Positions 12,499 through 26,419 of a stretch of 64,000 nucleotides of DNA are shown here, one piece after another; the first letter of the stretch is position 1, and each line of letters opens with the position of its first letter. The notes under the pieces were generated by a model that saw only the letters and a list, made by a program, of their open reading frames with translations, was not told where the DNA came from and made no database searches. Source of the stretch: Octopus vulgaris (taxonomy: Eukaryota). The stretch spans positions 43,648,001 through 43,712,000 of the forward strand of contig OX597834.1 of assembly GCA_951406725.2 (NCBI GenBank), written 5' to 3'. Made by a program: the position numbers and the translations under genes.

Positions 12499-13529
12499 GA
12501 AATGAACATATGAGTGTGTGTGCGTATGTGTGTGAGCGGATATATCTATCTATGCATTTACACCCTCTCTTTCTCTCTCTCACACCCCTTCCCTCTTTCT
12601 CTCTTTGTTAATTCGATAGGAACTCTTGAGTAACTGACACACACGCACACACACACGCCTACACACACACACACATATAATACATATATACATACATACT
12701 ACGTGATTCTTTCAGTTTCCTTCTGTGAAATCCATTCAAAAGTATTTGGTTAACCCGAGCCTATCGTAGAAGACACTCGTCCAAGGTGCCACATAATGGG
12801 ATTGAACCTGGAACCATGTGGTTGGGAGCAAACTTCATACCACACAGCCACACCTTCACCCGTGTATACAACATTAAAATCAACAAATATTTCGAAAGTC
12901 GTACAAATGTAAGTTACTACATTGAGATAAATGAGTTCAAGTGAATACGGGGTCGACTTTGCTTTTCGTCCTTCCGGGGTCGATAAACTAAGTACCAGTT
13001 ACGCATTGGGGTCAATGTAATCGACTCATCTCCTCCCACAAAATTTCGGGCCTTGTGCCTATAGTAGATAAATTACATATACTCGACCTCTTCAGACAAA
13101 GAATTCTTCTTTTCTTTCTTTATTTTGTAAAGTATACGAGATTTTGAGAGTTGTGCTACACCGTATATATGTCCGTTTGTATATCTATGTATCTTCGGTT
13201 TTAGACCGAGGCTGACCAATAATTTGTGAGTGAATTTGGTTGAAACTGTGTGGAAGCCCGAACGCCCATTTGTATTGTTCTGTTTTGTTGATGTTTTGTT
13301 TTTTTTACCTAGAAACCGGACCTAGAAACAACTCTGAGTCAGATCTACAGTTTAAATTGGATTTCGTACTTATATATATATATCTCCAGTATCCTAGCAA
13401 CACACCAACACGTGATCACTTCCTGGATATTTACCTCACAGGGAAACTTATGTTCTTGTACCTGGCGATTTCTGATGTCATACAAGTTGATGTACCTAGT
13501 TTCCAATGAATTCTTTAACTAATCTACCC

Positions 13530-13700
13530 AGGCGTAGGAGTGGCTGTGTGGTAAGTAGCTTGTTTACCAGCCACATGGTTCCGGGTTCAGTCTCACTGCG
13601 TAGCTCCTTGGGCAAGTGTCTTCTACTGTAACCTCGGGCCAACCAAAGCCTTGTGAGTGGACTTGGTAGATGGAAACTGAAAGAAGCCTGTCGTACATAT
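13530..13700 (+). mobile_element. tRNA-derived CORE-like SINE family C, 5' half
   Basis: AGGCGTAGGAGTGGCTGTGTGGTAAG head, GGTTCAGTC B-box-like motif, CCTTGGGCAAGTGTCTTCT CORE-like motif. Other heads at ~12700-12856(-), 44360-44462(-), 56790-56923(-). Confidence 0.85.
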
Positions 13701-14083
13701 GGAGCTTAAGTGTTTTTGCTCAATAAACACTCACAATGCCTGGTCCGGGAATCGAAACCGCTGCCCTAACCACTGGGCCATTGCGCCTCCACTGGGGTCT
13801 GTGGTTGCATGCTGTATCAATATCTTATACTTTTCGCAAAGCTACAAAGAGCGAAATAGCGGAATGGAATAAAACACTGGATGGTCAAAACGATGAAGGG
13901 AGACCTCTACATGGTTGATCAATCTGCTAGAAATAGCAAGCAAATCCATCTCAAATCATTCTGTGTCGTCTTAACAAAAAAAAAAGTGGGGAAGTGTGTC
14001 TGAAGAAAGACTGGATGGTCGTAACTGGAAAGTCTTCGAACTTAGCTGTGGTAAATCAGTGCCGCTAGCGGTGGTGATGACAA

Positions 14084-14465
14084 CAATAATCATGATGATG
14101 ATGATGGCTAGGATGATGACGACAAAGTTGTTGTTGATGATGATGATGATGATGATGATGATGAGGAGATGATGATGAGGAGGAGGAGGAGGAGGATAAT
14201 GATGATTATGATGATGATGATGATGATGATGACCATCCTCCTTCTGCTCCTCCTCTTCTCATCACCATCATCATCTTCATCATATGATAATAAACAATAT
14301 AAAACCAGCCATGGGAAAATACTGCTGCCGAATCTGGACCAGCAGCAGCAGCAGTAGTAGTAGTAGTAGCAGAAATAGTGCACCCCCCGCCACCACCCCC
14401 GCCAACTGCTTTTGCTGCTGTTTCTCATAGAAGACTAACTGCTGCTGCTGTCGCTGCTATTGCTA

Positions 14466-14507
<42 letters not shown>

Positions 14508-14912
14508 ATACTACTACTACTACTGCTCCTGCTACTGCTGCTGCTGCTTCTACTACTACTACTACTACTACTACTAATAATACTACTACTACTAATAATA
14601 CTACTACTACTAATAATACTACTACTACTACTACTGTCCCACGATTGCTGCTGCCGCTGCTGCTGTTCCGCGCTGCTGATGTTTGCTCTATTGCTACTGC
14701 TATTACAACTGAGACTGCTGCTACGGTTGCTGCTGCTGCTGCTGCTCTCTTTTTTTTTTTCCGCTGCACATGTCCCCACTGCTCCCCCCCCCCCGCGGTC
14801 CTGCTGCTGCTGCTGCTGCTGCTAATCCAGCCGCTATGATCCTTCTACTGCTGCTGCTGATGACCCTGTTGCTGCTGCTGCTGCTACTACTGCTACTACT
14901 GCTGCTACTGCC
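14084..14912. repeat. Complex trinucleotide-repeat island (GAT, GAG, CAG, TAG, CTA, CTG; 18-bp ACTACTACTACTAATAAT units)
   Basis: Read directly; generates the poly-T/poly-S/poly-L/poly-V ORFs in all frames. Confidence 0.9.
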
Positions 14913-15325
14913 ACGAATACAACACGAAACATTTGTGTAAAGTCAGCGAGCGACCATTTTTGTCTGTTTTTTTTTTTGTTTTGTTTTTTTGTTATAAATG
15001 TTGATTTGTTCACCGAGAGACTAGTTTCTATGTGAAATTGATGGTAAGAAAACTCCACCTCCACATGACGAGAAGGCCATCTCAAAGAATTCCTCAGAGA
15101 TTCCTTAAGCGAGAATCAGATGGTTCTAGTGGTGGTGGTGATGGTGGTGGCGGCGGTGGCCTGTTAGGTTTGAGTGTTTGTCTTTAAAGTGTTCTTGGTG
15201 TCAAACACCCAATTATACACAATTTCTTTCAATTTATTAACATTAATCCATTATTTATTTCATATTATTGATATGATTATTTTTTGTCTTATTTTTCTTT
15301 AATTTTCGACTTGCATAGACATACA

Positions 15326-15358
<33 letters not shown>

Positions 15359-15403
15359 CCATCTATATATACATACATACACACACAGACACACACAGAC
15401 ACA

Positions 15404-15451
<48 letters not shown>

Positions 15452-15670
15452 CAGATGGAGAGAAATATAGATAGGTCTATATATATATTTTATATATATG
15501 TGTGTGCGTGTGTGTGCGTTATAATGGTTTATCGTCCTTTCCTTTACTTTCTTTGAACCTCTCTCTCTCTCTCCTTCTCTCTCTCTCTTCCATTGTCTTA
15601 CTCTCTACTATACAGACTATGTGTGTATATGTGTATATGTTTGTACGACTGCATGTATATATATATACCT

Positions 15671-15724
<54 letters not shown>

Positions 15725-15859
15725 ATGTGTGTGTGTGTGTGTGTATGTACATGTATATATATATATATATATAAATATATATGTATATGTATATACAGAG
15801 AGAGTAAATACATATATATATATATACATATGCATATGCATACACACACACACACACAC

Positions 15860-15900
<41 letters not shown>

Positions 15901-17083
15901 TGTGTGTGTATATATGTATGATTTTATTCTATTTATATAATTTTCATTGTTAAAAGTCTCTTACGGACAACAAAAATACAGGAATCATTTGCTGCACAAT
16001 TAAGATAATGCATTTTAACCATTCTAGCACGACAAGCAAGCTGAGATATTCTAAATTTACGTCAACTTTCCCTGGAGAGAAACACGTTGAAATACAGACA
16101 GAGCCGAAGAGTAAAGAGAGAAGATGTATGCAGCCTACTTGATTCGACGTGTCCATTGGAGCGTTGGACATTTTCAGATTACTTTAGCTGTTTGTAAAGC
16201 TTACTTTAGCAGCAGCAACAACAATAACCTCAACACCAGCAATGGTAACAACAACAACAACAACAACAACAAAGACAATTACAACATCAACATTAGCAGC
16301 AATAAGATTAATAACAATGATATCTTAATGTGGTTACGATTAACAAATAGAGAGGGTGAAAGCAACAAACGAAAACTATAACAAAAAAATAAATAGAAAA
16401 GAAAACAAATGGTGCGATTTGGTTTCACTTTCGTTTTCCCGCCCTTGTTGTACTTGTCTGTTTCTTTCTCTCGCGTATATATACATACATATAGAATGAT
16501 ACAACCTAGCTTATACGTGTGACTATAAATATATATAATCACAACATTTTTATCTGAGAGAGTGTGTATGCGTATGTGTGAATGAGGAGAGCGAGTGAGA
16601 GAGAGAGACAGAGAGACAGACAGAGAGAAACTGACGGAGGGACAGAGGGAGAACGAGAGATAGAAGGTGAAACAGGCGATCAGAGAGAGAGAGAGAGAGA
16701 GAAAGAAATATTTTGATAGAAATACATACTCTTTTACTTGTTTCAGTCATTTGACTGTGGCCATGCTGGAGCATTGCCTTGAGGGGTTTCAATCATAGAC
16801 ATGAACCCCAGAACTTAATTTTAAGTCCTAGTATTTACTCTATCAGTTTCTTTGCTGAACCGCTAAGTTACGGGGATGAAAACACACCAACACCTGTTGT
16901 CACGTAGTGATGGGGCACAAACACGAACACAAAGATACACACACACACACACACACACACAATCTCTCTCTTGCACTCACCCACACACTCTCACTCACAC
17001 GCACTCGTGTTCTACGATAGACCTGGGCCGATAAATGCCTTGTAGGTGACATCAGTTGTCGGAAAGTGAGTGTGAGCCCGTAG

Positions 17084-17159
<76 letters not shown>

Positions 17160-17187
17160 CATCTATCTATCTATCTATCTATCTATC

Positions 17188-17387
<200 letters not shown>

Positions 17388-17964
17388 ATGTGTATATCCT
17401 ACACAACGTGGATAATCTGTTAAAAAAGAAATCCACCACACTGCAGTATTTGTCTTGAGAAAGAATCTCATATAACCCTATTCTTCTAAGAAGCCCAGTG
17501 GTCTCTGTAGCAGACGGAAAGTTAAGTCTATCCCTTTGTGTCTTTGCGTCAGTACGATATTTTTTTAGTCTCTTATAGCCATGCGACGATCAAAATCGAA
17601 TCTAAAGGGATTGACGATAAGAATTGCTTTCCATTTGTAGTTGTTCGTTTGGCCATAGGTGAGTACTGGTCACTGAGTGAGAACTGATTAATCAGACGAT
17701 TGATGAGGTGATCTCTGATCAATTAGACTGTTGATTAAAAGTTATTCCAATCATGACCGTGACGTTATTTTTTTTTATCCTTTATTTCTTTCTTTATTTG
17801 CGAAATGGAAAGTGTCTAGTAACACGAATTCGATGTGTTCGTGATGATGATGATGATGATGATGACCACGATTGTATGGTGATGATGATGATGATGATGA
17901 TGACGATGATGACAATGGTCTCAAATTTTGCTGCAAGGGCAGTCATTTTGGAAGAGGGAATTAA

Positions 17965-18270
17965 TTGAGTACCAGTTACGCACTGGGGTCGATATAGTCG
18001 ACTTAATCCGTTTGTCTGTCCTTGTTTGTCCCCTCTATGTTCAGCCCCATGTTGGCAATGCAGAAATAAGAAATCTTAGCAGGCCAAGCGAAATACTTAG
18101 CGGTGTTTTGTCTATCCTTACGTTCTGATTTCAAATTCCGCCGAGGTCGACTTTGCCTTTCATCCTTTCGGGATTGGTAAATTATATACAAGTTACGGTA
18201 CTGGGGTCTATCTAATAGACTGAACACCTCCCCAAAAATGTTGGGACTTGTGCTTAGAGGAAAAAAGAAT
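17965..18270 (+). mobile_element. SINE family A, 5'-truncated dimeric copy
   Basis: First-monomer tail (TTAATCCGTTTGTCTGTCCTTGTTTGTCCCC) followed by second-monomer head, core and tail. Confidence 0.85.
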
Positions 18271-18810
18271 ATGGAGGCTAAGAAGAAAGCTGTGAGGAAT
18301 AAATAATGGGGTATTTGAACGGTCACAAAAAAGGGGGCAAAAATTAGGGTGGAAGGTAATGAGAGAAGTATTAGTATGCAGATTAACATGAAAACCATTG
18401 CAAGAGACTAAAGAAAGACTTAAGAACGGAGGCTAAAATGAGAATCATTAGAATGATGGTTGCAAAGAGAGCTATTAGAACGGAGAACATAAAATGAGTC
18501 CTGGGAAGAGAAGCTAAATGGAGAGCTATTATTGTGAAGGTCATAGATGGCGCCATTAGAATGGAAGTTTAAGAGCTATTAAAATGGAGGCTTAAAAGGT
18601 GTCACTTAGAATATAGGCGAGAAAGAGCCATTAGAATAGAAATTAAATGAGAGTCGTCGGAATGGATGCTGATGAGAGAACTAAAAAAATGGAGCTATAT
18701 GTGGTGCCATTAGAATGGAAGTCAAAGAGCAAAGCATTAGAAAAAAATATAAAATGAGAATCGCTAAAATAGAGGCTGGAAGAAGAGCCATTAGAATGCA
18801 ACGTTTGAAG
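18270..18810. repeat. Degenerate ~27-bp minisatellite (consensus approx. GAGCCATTAGAATGGAGGCTAAAATGA)
   Basis: Recurrent CATTAGAATGGA / GGAGGCTAAAATGAG motifs at roughly 25-30 bp spacing. Confidence 0.65.
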
Positions 18811-19199
18811 AAGCGTGTCGCATTTTTTAATCTTGGTAATGTCATGCTTTTCAGTACGACATTGCTATTTGCCATTATTGTCGATTTCTGTAGCAGCGAA
18901 TGTCATTCAAACTACGCCGTACTATCAGTCATTTGCTTTTTAATACGGCTGATGACTAGATCTGATCGAAAAGCTGTTTGCATGGGACATTCAGATCCGG
19001 CTATATAATCCACCGCTTACTTTACATGTAACACACACATACACACATAATCCACACGTGTACAGAGCGATGTAATTAAATGCTGTGTGGCATTTAACTG
19101 TTATGTTTCTTCCATGGGCCCCACCCCACCACCAAAAAAGTGTTTGAAGCAAAATAAACCAACGTGTAATTGGCAAAATATGAAGCTCTATCTAATCAA

Positions 19200-19499
19200 A
19201 GGAGGCACATGGAGTAGTGGTTAGAGCAGCAGACACTCGGTCGAGGGATCGCGGGTTCGAATCTCAGACCGGGTGATGTGAGTGTTTATGAGCGAAATAC
19301 CTAAGCTCCACGCGGCTCCGGGAGAAGGTAATGGCGAACTTCTGCTGACTCTTTCGCCACAACTTTCTCTCACTCTTTCCTCCAAGCAGCTCACCTGCCA
19401 CAGACCGGGTTTCCTGTACAGGTGGGGAACCTATACGCCAACAAAACCGGGAAACCGGCCCGTATGAGCCATGCTTGGCTTGAGAAGGAACAAACAAAC
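19200..19499 (+). mobile_element. tRNA-derived SINE family B, full-length
   Basis: A-box-like TGGAGTAGTGG, B-box GGTTCGAATC, body CTAAGCTCCACGCGGCTCCG, (AAAC)n tail. Related heads at 5611, 13705-13792(-), 55445. Confidence 0.85.
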
Positions 19500-19949
19500 G
19501 ACATCCAGTTAAAATTAAAAGTTTCACTAAAAAACATTGCATAACATACGGCAGACATCGTGCTTATTTAGAGTTCTTTCTAAGTCGCTTGGTTTCGGAT
19601 CCACTCCCAAATCGTGAACCCTTGCCTTAGGGTTTACAACTATAATAATCTTAGATTGACTAATTCTTTTCAAGTAGATTTGGTTGAGATAAACGGTGCG
19701 GAATCCAGCCGTATGTATAGATGTATGTACGTGTATGTGCATATGTATTTATGTTTCTCATTCCCCCAACACCGTTTGACAACCGGTGTTCATTTGTTAC
19801 ATCCCCTTAACATACCAGTTAAATTTACCTTCCTTCTCGAGTTATACCAGCACATAAGGGCCGGATCCCCGATTTCCAAGACATATTTAGACTCATAAAG
19901 CCCGGTTCTCCTGTTTCCAAGGTGTATATATTCGCCGCCTTGACGCGAA

Positions 19950-20104
19950 ACCATTCTGTCGCAGGAGTACTCGTTTTTGCCAGCTGGAGCAATGTGAAAT
20001 GGAATGTTTTGCTCATGAACACAACGCGTCGCTCGGTCCAGGAATCGAACCACAATTTTACGATCATGAGTCCAACATCCTAATCACTAAGCCAGGCGCC
20101 TCCA
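19950..20104 (-). mobile_element. tRNA-derived SINE family D (5' part)
   Basis: Minus strand GGAGGCGCCTGGCTTAGTGATTAGG...GGTTCGATTCC...TGAGCAAAACATTCCATTTCACATTGCTCCAG; homologous to 49395-49680 and 50275-50575. Confidence 0.75.
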
Positions 20105-20273
20105 CAACATACCATGTGGACGAAACGAAAAGACTTACAGAGTAAGGAGCAGAATTTTAAAAAAAATATATAAGTTTGGGATTTTATTTGACCGACTAAA
20201 TTCTTCAAGGAGACACCCTAGTATGGTCGCAGTCTAAAGACAAAACCAGTTTAAAAGTCCCTTAATTATCATT

Positions 20274-20357
<84 letters not shown>

Positions 20358-20499
20358 ACACACAGAGAAAACATCGCCAAACGCGGAGGACGAATACGTT
20401 ATATATATATCTCAAACATTTGAAATGGTTTTCTTTTAACGTTATAAAGCGGCTGTTTACCACTATTTTCAATTAACTTGAAACACTAAAGAAACCGAT

Positions 20500-20970
20500 T
20501 CTTTAGACAGTCATTGTTAATCTGAGCAAGCTGCTTGTGTTGTTCAAACTACATTGCTTATAAATCTCATTAATACTATTAATGATCTTGTAGTTATGTT
20601 CTGTGCGATAATTCTATTGTTAACTAAGCATCTGTCGTTAACTTTCATATTGTTTTCATTCAGTAACATCTGGCACTTATGTTCGGAAAGGAAATAATTC
20701 GGTGACGTTTACAGATGTATTAAAATAAAGAGTGCAATCGTTTAAATATGACAAGCTATCAGATGCTTACATCAAATTAATAACATGTACGAATCTCAGC
20801 TACAATTAGTCATGATAAACTATCTCAATTGTTTGGAAAATTGCAATTAAATTATCCAAATGCACCCGTACAATGACAGATAGTGTCGGTTGACAAGACA
20901 GAGGTGAATATTATTTTCTGCGTTGACGAGATTTGTAAGCTGACATGCAAATTAAACAAAATGAATTAAA
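20500..20970. promoter_or_regulatory. Candidate neural enhancer (CAGATG E-box cluster with Sox and octamer motifs)
   Basis: CATCTG/CAGATG at 20629, 20667, 20712 and 20760; Sox-like (C/T)ATTGTT at 20512, 20615 and 20648; ATGCAAAT at 20945; repeat-free island. Confidence 0.35.
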
Positions 20971-21591
20971 AATCAAACTGAAGTAAGACATACAAGAACA
21001 ACAAAGCTATTTTGTAACTGTATAAATAAATTTAGAAATACTAAAACATTTATATGGTCGTTGTATTATATTAGGCAGAGCGGCGAGCTGTCGAAATGCT
21101 TAGCGGTATTTCGTCTGTTTTTACATTCTGAGTTCAAATTCCGCCGAGGTCAACTTTGCCTTTCATCCTTTCGGGGTCGATAAATTAAGTACTAGTTACA
21201 TACTTGGTGGGATTAATTCTTCAAGATATGTTTTATCATTCGGGTGAAACTATATTATAGCTTCACATATATATTATGTATGTGAAACTATATTATAGGC
21301 AAATTTTTAATTTTGCAACAACCCCTGTAATCGTTTACAGTGGTATTAAGAGCAATAGATAAGATATATATAGATTTTGTTTTAAAATTCTTATAGCAGC
21401 GTAGGAAAAAAAGCGATAAAAAATATAGCTGGATGCAACGGTTAAATAATTGTAGCAGTAAATTATAAAGTATTGTCGATACGTGTAAGACAAATTAAGG
21501 GAAGGACAAGGGGCATATTTCCATCTACGTAGCTGCATATATGTGTGTGTGTATGTGTCCAGGAGTGTGTACATGTCTGAGTGTGCGTGTA

Positions 21592-21796
21592 TACAAAGGG
21601 GTACTCAGAAGTTCCTGGCTTTAAGGGTGTCACGAAAGGACCGGTTGGAACCTCAACATTCCGAGTTCTTTTACAGGGCTTAGAAAACCTAAAGGACTGC
21701 TGCAACAAATGTGTGAATCTGAGAGAGGAATATATTGAATAAAATCATAACTGATCCTCCTATATTTTGTTTCAGGAACTTTTCAAACCCCTTGTA
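21592..21796 (+). mobile_element. Mariner-derived MITE with TA ends and imperfect TIRs
   Basis: TACAAAGGGGTACTCAGAAGTTCCTG ... CAGGAACTTTTCAAACCCCTTGTA. Internal remnant GLENLKDCCNKCVNLREEYIE* resembles the mariner transposase C-terminus. Confidence 0.75.
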
Positions 21797-22204
21797 TATG
21801 CATGTATGTATTATACATGTGCAGAGTAACACAGAAAAGGGAATTGGTATTAATGCTTTATACAGCGTACACGTATTTCAGTGTTCTCGTTTTTAAATAT
21901 CCACGGCATTCACTCTGTTCATTAGACAATCTGGGATTATGAAGAATGTCCAGCCATGTCGGAATTATTATGCACGAAAAGAATATTTTGTTAACAAACG
22001 TGTCACACCTTTCGGCGCTTTTTAATGATGTATAAATTGGGAAGGTGATGGAAAGAGTTGAGGGAAATAGAAGTGGGAAAGAAAATTCAATCGTTTCAGA
22101 CAAAGACCGCTGTCAGGTTAAGGATGACAACAACGTAACAAAATCAGAGAAGTATTATATATGCTTGTCAATAGAGATCACCAACAGTTTCGTTGGAAAA
22201 GAAA

Positions 22205-22850
22205 AGAATGTTACAGAAAGTGTATGGAGAGGAGTGTACGAGCCGCACACATGTGTACGAATGTCTCAGACGTTTCCAAGATGGCTATAAAAATTCTCGA
22301 TGTTGACGAACGTTCTTGGAAACCTGCAACCAGCAGAATTGAGAAAAACATCGCAGATGTGCGCGCAGCTGTGAGAGAAAATCGTCGAATCACCATCCGT
22401 GAGTTATCAGAGGATATGAAGATTAGTTACCGTTCAGTTCTGTCCATTATGAATGAAGATTTGTGTACGAGATACGTGTCTACCAAGTCTGTGCCAAAAC
22501 TGCTTTCAGCTGATCGAAAAGACACTCGGGTTTCAGTTGCACAATATCTCGTTGATTGCGTCAAGAACGATGAAATTTTTTTGAAATCTGCGTAGAACTC
22601 TAAGCAGGTATCGCCAAGAATTTGACAAAATTTGATGCTGATTCTCTGCTCAAATTTCTCGGCCGAGGTCAATGCGATGAACACCCTTCTCCCAAGCACT
22701 GCTATAAACAGCGCAATTTAACTAGAAGTTAAAACTTATTGTGCATGCAGAGCAGAGTTCAAAGTCAATCCGTGCCAATCGGCTTCCGTCTGCGTCTTTT
22801 AACTTCGTTACTAAAGCAAGAGACCGGATACTTATTGATCAGGCCACGTA
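22205..22850 (-). mobile_element. Mariner transposon relic (5' TIR + N-terminal HTH region) with internal inversion
   Basis: Minus-strand TIR TACGTGGCCTGATCAATAAGTATCCGG at 22824-22850, then EQRISIKFCQILGDTC (minus). The continuation MLQKVYGEE...ENRRITIRELSE...SVPKLLS...NDEIFLKS lies on the plus strand at 22205-22590. Confidence 0.85.
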
Positions 22851-23059
22851 TCTCTCTTTACTCTTTTATATACTTCACTCATTTAAACTGAAGCACCGTC
22901 TTGGAGGACTTATGGTCGAATGAATCGACCAAAATAATAATTTTATAAAATCCTGGTACTTATTCTACCGATCTTGTTTCGCCAAGCCGCCAGGCCACAG
23001 GGGCGGGTGTTAAACGTTAACCACAAAAAACATACTCAGCGGCTATATATATATTTGGG

Positions 23060-23094
<35 letters not shown>

Positions 23095-23137
23095 GTATGT
23101 ATATGTGTAAATATATATATATATGTATATTTGTATG

Positions 23138-23191
<54 letters not shown>

Positions 23192-23634
23192 CAGATATAT
23201 ACACATGCATATGTAATATATACATATATATAAAGTAAATTCATGGAAAGATACATACATACATATAACATAGAGACATAGATACATACGTATATACATA
23301 GATATACATATATACATACATACATATACATACATACATACATACATCCATACATATATACATACATACATATACACGACGTACACTTCTACTGCAGGAG
23401 TAAGCCAGACATGCATGGTCTGCAGTTGATGCATGATAGGGCTCCGGTCACGGCTTATGACAATTTGTCTTTCTAATTATATAGACATCTATGACAATTC
23501 CCCCCCCACCCCGCTCTCTCACACTTTGTCAATATCATTCATTCTTTCTCTCATTCATTTTCTCGTTCTCAGCTTCTTTCGACATCCATGATTCTATATC
23601 TCACGCCCTGTCTCATTCCCTCTCTATCTGTCTA

Positions 23635-23665
<31 letters not shown>

Positions 23666-23776
23666 GAATTCATCTAGCCATCTCTTTCTCTCTCTTTCTC
23701 CTCTCTGTCAGTGTTTCTCCCTCTGTCTGTCTGTTAGTCTGTCCCTCTCTGCTTCTCTCTCTCTATATATATACAC

Positions 23777-23852
<76 letters not shown>

Positions 23853-23876
23853 TATATGCATCTCTCTCTCTCTTCT

Positions 23877-24010
<134 letters not shown>

Positions 24011-24119
24011 GTATATATATGCGTATAGACACAATGAGACAGAAAATCGCAGTTAGTTTGATAGACGAGCAGATAGGCACAGAACGACAGACAGACAGGC
24101 AGATAGATAGATAGAGAGG

Positions 24120-24220
<101 letters not shown>

Positions 24221-24367
24221 GAAAGGGAAGCCAAATGCATGGCTGGTTGGATTCATCAATAAATAAATATGTATCTAAGCGTTTAAAGTTATTTGTTCGC
24301 TGTGTATGTATCCTTTACTATAACAACCGCTCAATATTCATTGCACAAAACACACAGACACACACAG

Positions 24368-24398
<31 letters not shown>

Positions 24399-24749
24399 CA
24401 TACACGTATATATGAGGAGGGGTTCCATGCATGTACGTACGTGCTCTGTTTGTATCGGGCGAGAAAAACAAGGAAATTTAATTAAAGTAATGTACCGACG
24501 GGACAACCTCACGACATTAGTGTGTTTGGGCAGTGAAGTAGAATGGGAAAGACAACATAATGTAATCATTCTTGAATAATTGAGCAATTAGTTAACACAG
24601 AATTAAATTACTTATGTACTCGCACACATGATGCGCATATATCCATGAATACAATTTTCTCTTGCCAAGCACCACTAGCAAACGAGAGAGTGTGGCTGCA
24701 AAGAATTACATATACACATACATATATATATATATAGATATATATATAT

Positions 24750-24798
<49 letters not shown>

Positions 24799-24982
24799 AT
24801 TAGATAGATAAATATATATATATGTATATATGTATATATATATATATACATACGCATATATATACAAACACAAACATACACACACATATATCTGTGTTCG
24901 TTTGTCTCTCTTACATAATAATAATTCATCTATTTGCATGCATCAGCTTGTATATGTGTGCCGATATATATATGTATATATG

Positions 24983-25166
<184 letters not shown>

Positions 25167-25199
25167 CTATATATATATGTATGTATGTATGTACCTATC

Positions 25200-25246
<47 letters not shown>

Positions 25247-25448
25247 GAGAGTGTGTGTGTGTGTGAGTCACAGAGAAAGAGAGAGAGTGTGTGAGCCGAG
25301 AGAGTAAGAGAGAGAGCGAAAGGGTTAGTAGCGGTGAGAGTAAAATCTCAGAGTGAGAGGGTGATAGAACCAAAGAGGAATAGTGAGAGGTGAAAAGTGA
25401 AGGAGAAATGAAATAATGATTAGTAAAATGGATCGAAGAGGGTAATGC

Positions 25449-25529
<81 letters not shown>

Positions 25530-26384
25530 TATAAATATATATGTATAGTATAGGATTTCTATGTACATATATACGTGTATCTGTGTGTGTGTGTACGTGT
25601 ATGTATGTCTATAGAATATATATATATAGATACATATAGATGCGTGTGTAGATATGTATATATGTACATATGTATGTATACACAACGGGATCGATACACT
25701 AGGAGACTCACAGATCAAAGTGAAGTAAATATAACGAATTAGTGGATAGGTGTATCTCTGTACACACGCACATGCATAATGGCGCCAATATATAATGAAT
25801 ATATATGTGCGTGCGTGTATGTGTGCATGCAGGTATATATACGCCTGTATGTATATATCTGCATATATATTCTATACACCTATATTTATGTTATGAAGAG
25901 AGAGAAAGAGATAATTAACTCCATATCTGCATAAACACATACGCACAGATCCGTCTATATTTGGGCTTGTAAGTTTGTCTTTGACCATGTGAGTGTGTAT
26001 ATACGTGCGTGCGTGTGTGTGTGTGTATGTTGTGCTTGTGTGTGTGCGTGTGTGTGTGTGTATTTACGCTTGTGTCTCTATTAGCAAAATAAACGGTCAG
26101 TAATTGATGGCTACAAATTTGGACGCGTGTATGTATATTCTATACATTGTGTGTGTGTGTGTATGTGTGTGTGTGCGTGTGTGTGTGTGTATGGCCGAAA
26201 TCCGATTAATGTAAGAAGTAAAAAAATTTTTTTTTAATAAATGAAGCTGAAGCACATTAACTCCAAATATACAGTGCGTGTGTTTATATTGGCTAAACTG
26301 GCAATATGACCATCCGCAAATACAACAATATCTGTTTCAACACACGATTTCACATCAAGAATCTTGCAAAACGAATAAATAAAC

Positions 26385-26419
<35 letters not shown>

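Noticed and set aside
14378-14839. 153-aa Pro/Thr/Ala-rich ORF resembling a transcription-factor low-complexity region or a mucin
   Set aside because: It starts at GTG, overlapping ORFs are open in several frames on both strands because of triplet repeats, and there is no recognisable domain.
18949-18980. CTGATGA...GAAA hammerhead-like string (also CTGATGA at 37141)
   Set aside because: Stems I-III cannot be formed around the core.
19200-19275. Possible functional tRNA gene
   Set aside because: It continues into a SINE body and (AAAC)n tail and recurs as diverged copies, so it is a SINE head.
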